From positions 64,001 to 128,000 of IMG/VR virus record IMGVR_UViG_3300028591_000090: DNA of 64,000 nt; one strand, written 5' to 3'. Position numbers and translations under genes: made by a program. The notes beneath the pieces were generated by a model. The model was not told where the DNA came from. It saw only the letters and a list, made by a program, of their open reading frames with translations, and searched no databases. The stretch's first letter is position 1, and each line of letters begins with the position of its first letter. Shown here one piece after another: positions 57,573 through 64,000 of this stretch. The stretch is from a virus (Duplodnaviria; Caudoviricetes).

Positions 57573-58127
57573 TTAACTTAATTTTTCATATATTCTATAA
57601 AGAAAATTACGTATCCTTACAAGTATATTTATTTTCAATTTTGTTGGCATCTCGCCAAGTTTTATTTTCCTATTATTTACTTGAATATCAGTATTATAAG
57701 GGCAACACTTCCCAATTTGACGGCTTGCGAGTACAATACACTGGGGATGTTTTATAAACCCTTCCAAAAGTCCTTGTTGATAATCTCTTAATTTAATACT
57801 TTCATATCCAGTTCCAGTTTTTAATTTACAGAATTTATCAGCAAAATATATCGGGTCTGCAGCACATTTACGTAATTCGTCCATTTCTTCCCTTGTATAT
57901 TCAAAGGTAATTCTTGGTTTTCTAAATGTAATATCATTTTGTAGAAATGGGGAGTTTTTAATTCTGCTTAATTCAATAAAACCATCTTGATATTCTTTAA
58001 TAACTTGATTAACTTTTTCTGTGGACCAAGCAATATCTTCGTGTCCTTGATTATTTTTATCAAAGCCATCTAATTTAGTAACGTCGATATTAGTAAATGT
58101 TCCACCTTTTTTGAAATAGTTAATCAA
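57573..58127 (-). CDS. terL: terminase large subunit, N-terminal part, with split-intein N fragment (last 44 aa)
   Basis: ELRKCAADPIYF, LRDYQ (Q-motif), LASRQIGK|CCPYNT. Confidence 0.9.
   Translation of the reverse strand: MINYFKKGGTFTNIDVTKLDGFDKNNQGHEDIAWSTEKVNQVIKEYQDGFIELSRIKNSPFLQNDITFRKPRITFEYTREEMDELRKCAADPIYFADKFCKLKTGTGYESIKLRDYQQGLLEGFIKHPQCIVLASRQIGKCCPYNTDIQVNNRKIKLGEMPTKLKINILVRIRNFLYRIYEKLS
57576..57707 (-). mobile_element. split intein, N fragment (44 aa)
   Basis: Cys1 directly after Walker A GK; block A CCPYNTDI..KIKLGEM. Confidence 0.85.
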
Positions 58128-58142
58128 AGTACATCAATTATT

Positions 58143-59066
58143 TTATAGCATTTGAAGAATATCTGAATCATCGTCCATTTCGTCTTCGGCACGAATTGTT
58201 GTTGCATCAACATCATATTCTTCTACTAAATCATTTTTATTTGCGTGATTTACATATCTTGAAACGTCTCCACGTTCTTTAAGATAATCGCTTCGTTGTT
58301 CTTTAATTTCTTCTTCTGTAAACTTATTTTTAGATATTTCTTCAATAAGTATTAACGGGTCTGATGTAATAAAGAACTTTTCTTCTTGATTTGTTTCTTG
58401 TGGAAGTTGTTTTGTTTGTTGTTGTGGTTCAATATCCTCTACTGGAACAGAAACATTCTTTTTACCAGAATATGTTGTTTTAAGCATATTATAATCTTGA
58501 GCCTCGATTTTTGCCTTTTTATAGGTTTCTTCAAGGAATATCATATAATTTGCTTGTGTTCTTGTAAGTTCAGACATTTGTGAATTAAGGTTACAAAATG
58601 CCTCTATAACTTTAGGATTAGTATTTCCGGCATCAATATCTTCCATTATTCTCGCTAAAACGACTTTTGTCATTTTTAATTGGAACAATGTATTAGACAT
58701 ATTGAGCGTATCGAAACTTTTTTTCTTTTCGATATATTCTGGCTTATCAATAACACCAAAAGCAAAATAGAAATCATACATTGACTCTATTAAGTTCTTT
58801 GCTTGTGTTTTGAATCGCTTATCTAATTCTGCAATATTAAGTGGTGCTTGTGATTGTGATGGCGTTCTATCTGATTGGCGTATTTGAGCACCAATATCAA
58901 CTTTTGGTATATCAGGGATAAAGTCTTCCTTATTTTCGTCGTTTTTAGCGTCGAAATCAATTTCTTCTTGTGAATTATCGAATTGTGAAGGATTTATACC
59001 CTTCAACAATTCGTCTAATTCATTTCTTAACTGTTTGTCTCTATCATCTGATGGTTTAGTTGCCAT
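58143..59066 (-). CDS. hypothetical helical protein upstream of terL (terminase small subunit candidate)
   Basis: Position and helical core only. Confidence 0.4.
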   Translation of the reverse strand: MATKPSDDRDKQLRNELDELLKGINPSQFDNSQEEIDFDAKNDENKEDFIPDIPKVDIGAQIRQSDRTPSQSQAPLNIAELDKRFKTQAKNLIESMYDFYFAFGVIDKPEYIEKKKSFDTLNMSNTLFQLKMTKVVLARIMEDIDAGNTNPKVIEAFCNLNSQMSELTRTQANYMIFLEETYKKAKIEAQDYNMLKTTYSGKKNVSVPVEDIEPQQQTKQLPQETNQEEKFFITSDPLILIEEISKNKFTEEEIKEQRSDYLKERGDVSRYVNHANKNDLVEEYDVDATTIRAEDEMDDDSDILQML

Positions 59067-59515
59067 TATAGTTCAATTAAGCCCAATTCTATCATAATAT
59101 TAAGAACGCTTGCTTCAATATTCGTATTAACAAAATCTTCAACAGTTCTTTTTTCTTTCATTTCTGAATCAAAGTAAGTTTTCGTTAAATCAATCTTTTC
59201 AACTGTAAAATCTACTTGTTCACGGTCTAAATCATTCAATGCTTTAACCAAACCTTCTCTATCTTCGATTTCAATATCATCTAAAGTTTGAGGGTTTTCT
59301 TTACGAGTACCATCTGCTTGTTCTACACCAATAAAACTACCGTTTTCATCAAGAACAGCGAATTTATTGATAATATCAAGACGTTTTTCGTCATATTCCT
59401 TTATGATTTCATCTACCTTTTTAGAATTTTTAGTCAAAATGATAGAAAAAGGAACTTTTTGATCTGCAAAATGTTTCAAAACATTGCTTAAATTTAAAAT
59501 TTGAATGTAATTCAT
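59066..59515 (-). CDS. hypothetical phage protein
   Basis: 149-aa ORF behind a TATATTTG promoter. Confidence 0.6.
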   Translation of the reverse strand: MNYIQILNLSNVLKHFADQKVPFSIILTKNSKKVDEIIKEYDEKRLDIINKFAVLDENGSFIGVEQADGTRKENPQTLDDIEIEDREGLVKALNDLDREQVDFTVEKIDLTKTYFDSEMKEKRTVEDFVNTNIEASVLNIMIELGLIEL

Positions 59516-59564
59516 TTTATTATAGATTATTTTTATTATTACAACGCAAATATACCAAAAAATG

Positions 59565-60194
59565 TTATTTTTTAATAATAAATGAGTTCACCTCTATTTT
59601 CCCATTAGGTCTTGTCATCGTTGCTGTTGTTGAATAGACAACTTTACGTGGGATAAAGATGTTTTTTAGTCTAAATTTGCCGATTTTTTCTTTGTGTGTA
59701 ATAATATCTATAGTGTCTGCTGTTGATAAGTCAAAATTTAGTGTATCTTTTGATACATAGAAGAAAATATCAGTCCAAGTATCGTGATAATGTCCTGTTT
59801 TATATAAAATACCACCATTTGATAGAGAATCTTTAAGATATACAGTATCTTTTATATAAATTTTAGTAGTTCCTGTTGCTGCACCACTAATTTTCTTCAA
59901 TTTAATATTCAAATCATCTATTATTTTCTTTAAATGTGCTATTTCTTTATTGGAACTTGTCTTAAATTCTTCGAGAGTAAGTTCTGCTTGTTTCGTTTTA
60001 GCGGCATTTTTGCCACTTTCAGTCTTATAATACACAACAGAATCACTTACAGCATAAAAATTCGTTGTGAGTCTATCTATTTCCTTACTTTGATTACAAG
60101 ATTTTGTCATAAAAACGGCAACAACAACAGAAAGAGCCAATATAATTAGTTCTTTAGAGTATTTTTGCAAATATTTCAAAAAAAAGTTTATCAT
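59565..60194 (-). CDS. spanin-like lysis protein (N-terminal TM plus coiled coil)
   Basis: TM, coiled coil and DTVY motif typical of Bacteroidota phage lysis genes. Confidence 0.55.
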   Translation of the reverse strand: MINFFLKYLQKYSKELIILALSVVVAVFMTKSCNQSKEIDRLTTNFYAVSDSVVYYKTESGKNAAKTKQAELTLEEFKTSSNKEIAHLKKIIDDLNIKLKKISGAATGTTKIYIKDTVYLKDSLSNGGILYKTGHYHDTWTDIFFYVSKDTLNFDLSTADTIDIITHKEKIGKFRLKNIFIPRKVVYSTTATMTRPNGKIEVNSFIIKK

Positions 60195-60197
60195 ACT

Positions 60198-60272
60198 TTA
60201 CATATTAGAGGTTATCGCTATAGAAACCAATATCACAGTTATATAAACTCCAACCCAAATCGCTCCAATCAT
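60198..60272 (-). CDS. 24-aa hydrophobic peptide
   Basis: MIGAIWVGVYITVILVSIAITSNM, between TAAATAA (60286) and the spanin-like gene. Confidence 0.4.
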   Translation of the reverse strand: MIGAIWVGVYITVILVSIAITSNM

Positions 60273-60372
60273 GACATTTTTTCTTTTATTTAGTTATTTT
60301 TTTACCAAAATATTTGCATTTGTTAAAAAATATGTTTATATTTGCATTGTTAAATTAAAAAAGATAAAGGTT

Positions 60373-60927
60373 ATGAAAAAATTAGTATTCTTATCGGCAG
60401 TTTTAATGGTAATAACATTAATGTCAAGTTGTAAACAAAGTTCTACAGTTATTAATAACATTGACCAATCAGAAAGTTATTGTGGTGAACTTGATAGTTA
60501 TGAAACTAAGGATATTAAATATGAAGATGCATACTTCAAATTTTTTATATACAAAACAGGAGAAAGGGAAATGATTGATTTTTATCAAAGAACAAATGGT
60601 AGTTCAAAAGGAATTTATCTTGGAAATTCATCTAAAGCAGAAATTATAAATTTATTTAAATTTTTAAAAAATTTTGCAGAAAATGAATATTTATATGACA
60701 CCATACGATTTGATTCAAAACTTTATTATATAGAACATACATATAATAATTATAATAAAGTAACTATTAGAGAAATTATAAAAGACAAAAATTTTAATCC
60801 ACATAAAGAATGTGGTAAAAAATTACGTGAAAAAGACACAATAAATGACTTTATTATAGATTATATAGATATAAAAAGAGTTTCTGATTGGATAGAAGAT
60901 TTTGATGGTGATATTATCAACAAATAA
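60373..60927 (+). CDS. lipoprotein
   Basis: MKKLVFLSAVLMVITLMSS-C signal; own TATATTTG promoter at 60337. Start moved to ATG 60373. Confidence 0.7.
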   Translation: MKKLVFLSAVLMVITLMSSCKQSSTVINNIDQSESYCGELDSYETKDIKYEDAYFKFFIYKTGEREMIDFYQRTNGSSKGIYLGNSSKAEIINLFKFLKNFAENEYLYDTIRFDSKLYYIEHTYNNYNKVTIREIIKDKNFNPHKECGKKLREKDTINDFIIDYIDIKRVSDWIEDFDGDIINK

Positions 60928-60932
60928 TAATA

Positions 60933-61481
60933 TTATTCTTCTTTAGATTTATTTTCAATCATAAAAACATCAGAGAAATCAACGCCCATATATTCAGATG
61001 GAGGTCTTCTGTATCGGCAATTCCGAACAAGACACTTCATCTTTTCTAATCGTTCTACTTCTAGTTTAAGTTCAGATAAATCGTGAAGAAAAACATCTTT
61101 TTCATTACGTAAAGCAACTTTATCGTCTCTATGTTTAGTGACCTCTTCATATAACATATCTATTTTTCTATCTTTTTCTTCTATTCTTCGTTCCCATTCT
61201 ATAATTCTTTCATCGAGTTTCTTTTCTCTTTCATCTAATTTAGCGTATACTTTATCGTATTCTTCTTTACGTTCTGTAAGTTGTTTATCACAATCTTCTT
61301 TTGTCGTTGTAATTTGTGCTATAGCAGCCTCATATAATTTTTTCCATTCTTCCCCTTCAAATGCTTCGTTTTCTAAATGTGCATGTTTTTTTTGGTATTT
61401 ATTCATAAGGAATCCTCCGCCTGCAAAAGTAACAATTATAGTTATAACTTGTGGTAATATTTCTAATATATAATCTAACAT
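60933..61481 (-). CDS. holin-like / lysis-cassette protein (N-terminal TM plus coiled coil)
   Basis: TM, WKKLYE coiled coil, C...C..RPP tail. Confidence 0.5.
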   Translation of the reverse strand: MLDYILEILPQVITIIVTFAGGGFLMNKYQKKHAHLENEAFEGEEWKKLYEAAIAQITTTKEDCDKQLTERKEEYDKVYAKLDEREKKLDERIIEWERRIEEKDRKIDMLYEEVTKHRDDKVALRNEKDVFLHDLSELKLEVERLEKMKCLVRNCRYRRPPSEYMGVDFSDVFMIENKSKEE

Positions 61482-61520
61482 AATAAAAATTCTTTAACAG
61501 AATTATTTATTCTAAAAAAA

Positions 61521-62222
61521 TCACCTCAAATACTTCTCTAAATCATACAGTATCAATATATCAGAGACTGTTCGACCAAATCTTATCTCCTTATCAAATC
61601 CTGCAAAATGCAAAAATGTACCTATTTTCATTTGTTGTATAGATAAATCGTTATCCAAAGCATAATGATAACTCCAGTTTTCTTCTAACGAATACAAGTC
61701 ATCAAACACAACTTCTTGAGATAAATCTTCCACACATTCTTGTTGTGCTTTTTCATACATAAGGTCAAACATTCTATATGCTTTATCTGTTGCTCCACCC
61801 AATATACCAGAGCACATTACACAACCATTTGATAATTCTTTTGGATAATGTTTATATGGTGCTTGAGTTTTTTCCAACATTCTTATATTTTCAGAATACA
61901 AATCAAAACCATCATCTACCTTAAATGTTGGCATTACAAATATATCCAAATCAACGTGTAAAAATGGTTTTCTCTGTAATGTATATGTCTTTAGTTTTGG
62001 TATATTCCAATATCTTCTATCCCAATTCCAATCAAAAAAATCAACGTCGATAATATCATCAAACGGTAAATGTTCAAAATCTTCCCTACAATCTGTATAA
62101 AGTATCGTGTTGTTCTTTGTATGTTTTTTCATAGAACCAACAGCAAGAGTAGCCAATTTCATAGTTATATCTGAAATTGGTTTTAATTTATCTATTTGAC
62201 AGTATGTATAAACTATATTCAC
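61521..62222 (-). CDS. nucleotide-diphospho-sugar transferase-like protein
   Basis: ILYTD, WNIPKL..Y..Q..PFLHVDLD (DxD), CSGILGG, EE, FLHF.G. Confidence 0.6.
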   Translation of the reverse strand: MNIVYTYCQIDKLKPISDITMKLATLAVGSMKKHTKNNTILYTDCREDFEHLPFDDIIDVDFFDWNWDRRYWNIPKLKTYTLQRKPFLHVDLDIFVMPTFKVDDGFDLYSENIRMLEKTQAPYKHYPKELSNGCVMCSGILGGATDKAYRMFDLMYEKAQQECVEDLSQEVVFDDLYSLEENWSYHYALDNDLSIQQMKIGTFLHFAGFDKEIRFGRTVSDILILYDLEKYLR

Positions 62223-62458
62223 TATTTCAATATTATTGACTTATACCAAACACCTTTCTTTCTACCACTTGAAGAAGAACTTGCATTTTCTTTCATATAC
62301 ATAAAGTTTATACCAACAACATTTGTTTTATCAAAACCAGATGAGGGTAAACTTAAAGTATATGTAACAGAATCTTCTGTCTGAGGAGAATCATTGTATT
62401 TTTCATGGTTAAATGTATGATTTGCATCATCTTCTTTATAAGTAGTTACACTACCATT
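62222..62458 (-). pseudogene. in-frame continuation (78 codons) after the TGA stop of 62459..63304
   Basis: NGSVTTYKEDD...GVWYKSIILK-TAG, with the TAG overlapping the GTG start of the next gene. Confidence 0.6.
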
Positions 62459-63304
62459 TCAATCTACTAATTGTACGTATAATATTAAATTGTTGTTATA
62501 TGTTGTTATTTGTGTTGTTGTTGCTGAACGTGTATTATATCCATTACGCACAAGACATGTCGTAGAAGATGTATTTGTATAATTAAATACTTTTGCTTTT
62601 ATATCTAATGTAGTTATATTTGTAAAATCTATACCACTACCAAAACGATATTCTAAATGTCCGTGCTGACCAGAACTTGCAGAAGATGGTTCATTACACA
62701 TTGCATATACTTGACCAAGTTCTATATCACAAGGGTAAGTATCTGTTGAAGCCTCTGTACCAACAAGATAATATCCGTCAGATGCCGTATTAAATTTAGA
62801 TTGTGTTTTACAATCGTCATAATAATAGATATTATACGTAGGAACAAAAGTCCAACCGTTTGTTCTTGCCGTTGATATATACGATTGACATTGAAAATCA
62901 TTAGAAGCAAGATACCAAGCAGAATCAGCAAATCTACATTCGTGTGCTGACGTTGTTGATAAGTGTGATAAAATATCTCTTGTACGACGTTTTTTTTCAA
63001 CTTCCTTTATAATTTCTTTATTTACTATCAAAGTATCGTTAGAAGCCTTAAAAATGGTATCTGTTTTAACCAAATATTTAATCTTCTCCTTCCATTTTAT
63101 ATAATAAACAGTATCTGCCTTTGAATAAATATAAACACTATCCTTCAAATAAACACTATCCTTTTCGACCTTGCTCAAATAAACGGTGTCATAATTGTTT
63201 ACATATTCAACCTTTTCTACTGTTTTGCATCCATTGAATGTCAAAAGAAATGTAATGAATGCAACAAACATCAATATCAATAATATTCTCTTAAATGTTT
63301 CCAT
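62459..63304 (-). CDS. chimeric ORF: spanin-like lipoprotein N-terminus fused to a Ser/Thr-rich fibre-like domain
   Basis: Lipobox-like FNGC and DTVY/DSVY repeats up to EVEKK, then an abrupt composition change at an A8 run. Confidence 0.55.
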   Translation of the reverse strand: METFKRILLILMFVAFITFLLTFNGCKTVEKVEYVNNYDTVYLSKVEKDSVYLKDSVYIYSKADTVYYIKWKEKIKYLVKTDTIFKASNDTLIVNKEIIKEVEKKRRTRDILSHLSTTSAHECRFADSAWYLASNDFQCQSYISTARTNGWTFVPTYNIYYYDDCKTQSKFNTASDGYYLVGTEASTDTYPCDIELGQVYAMCNEPSSASSGQHGHLEYRFGSGIDFTNITTLDIKAKVFNYTNTSSTTCLVRNGYNTRSATTTQITTYNNNLILYVQLVD

Positions 63305-63334
63305 TTGTATAAGTTAATTTTTATGTTTTAAAAA

Positions 63335-63390
63335 AAAATACGACTGACCAAAAGGCTCTCCTCGTCCTAATTTTCCCAGCCGTATTTTTT
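63335..63390 (-). terminator. stem-loop/terminator
   Basis: aaaatacg.ctg ... cag.cgtatttt. Confidence 0.5.
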
Positions 63391-63391
63391 A

Positions 63392-64000
63392 TTATAAGTT
63401 ATCGAAAATCCAACCAATCGCCTGCTTTGCAGTTACCATAGCCATCAATGCCGCATCATTACGTATCATATTTAGAACAGTGTTGTGGAATGCGATATGA
63501 CATCCGCCATATGAAGTTACAACTTGCAATTTGCTTATTACAAGCTCCACTGAATCCCTCGACAACAATCCACAATATGACAACGATATGTCGTTTGAAA
63601 TATTACCGCAGGAAATTATGTCGGTAATTCTGGTATTATATCTGACAATTGCCGATGATGTATCTATACCGTTAGGCATATTAGGAATGGACATAACATT
63701 TAATTGGTAGAATGGGATATTGCCAGTGGCTGCCTGATAATTGTTATATGCCGAAGTTGAATTACATCCATACATATAGTTTACTGATGACGCTGTTGTA
63801 CCAGATATGTTAAGGCAATTCAAACTATTGTATTTCAATGAGAAGCAATCCCTAAACAAACTATTATAGTTTATTGCGGATGACGGAAATGAGGATGATA
63901 GATTCCATATCACATCCTCCAAATAGTAACAACCGTTAAATGCCCCACTGTAGTCGGTACATATGGACAAATCAACATTGCTCAAATCGACATATGTCAA
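63392..64000 (-). CDS. C-terminus of a BspA/DUF285-like leucine-rich-repeat protein (fibre/receptor-binding candidate), partial
   Basis: AFNGCYYL and LFRDCFSL repeats, LSRDSV..VI..L, terminal KQAIGW. Confidence 0.6.
   Translation of the reverse strand: MTYVDLSNVDLSICTDYSGAFNGCYYLEDVIWNLSSSFPSSAINYNSLFRDCFSLKYNSLNCLNISGTTASSVNYMYGCNSTSAYNNYQAATGNIPFYQLNVMSIPNMPNGIDTSSAIVRYNTRITDIISCGNISNDISLSYCGLLSRDSVELVISKLQVVTSYGGCHIAFHNTVLNMIRNDAALMAMVTAKQAIGWIFDNL

Noticed and set aside
62722-63000. 92-aa hydrophobic ORF as an embedded spanin or holin
   Set aside because: Its L/I/Q/H/N composition is what a +1 shadow of AT-ending codons gives; kept only as the alternative frame of the A8 tract
63331-64000. 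Diversity-generating retroelement target (fibre C-terminus followed by a hairpin)
   Set aside because: No template repeat or reverse transcriptase seen in the window; the hairpin fits a terminator

Overview
A 64-kb, very AT-rich (roughly 26-28% GC by eye), densely coding segment of a large T4-like myophage (jumbo-phage scale) that uses the standard genetic code. About 15 well-placed TAnnTTTG promoter elements and Bacteroidota-type lipoprotein and lysis genes point to a Bacteroidota host (inference). From left to right: (1) a proteostasis block of two Hsp20s behind a sigma54-type promoter, a soluble AAA+/M41 FtsH-like protease and a thioredoxin; (2) dNMP kinase and a DNA MTase; (3) a ~10-kb glycan-biosynthesis cluster (four related GT-A paralogs, Stealth, TupA ATP-grasp, UDP-glucuronate epimerase, GT8) interrupted by a solo 536-aa TnpB with structured RNA at both ends; (4) Dda-like helicase, sigma70-like factor and an apparently dead serine resolvase; (5) a DUF262-HNH nuclease with an EcoRI-type MTase; (6) primase, two DUF5675 proteins (one also with a GH73 domain), a family-B DNA polymerase N-terminal half and an ECF sigma; (7) neck, baseplate, head and tail genes; (8) a terminase large subunit fractured at its Walker A motif by an atypically split intein with a free-standing Vsr-like endonuclease between the halves; (9) lysis and fibre-like genes. 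The strongest leads are the split intein with extra terminal helices on both halves, and the TnpB locus, which looks like an RNA-guided homing element with a pseudoknotted leader RNA. All product calls come from motif recognition by eye; no database searches were run.
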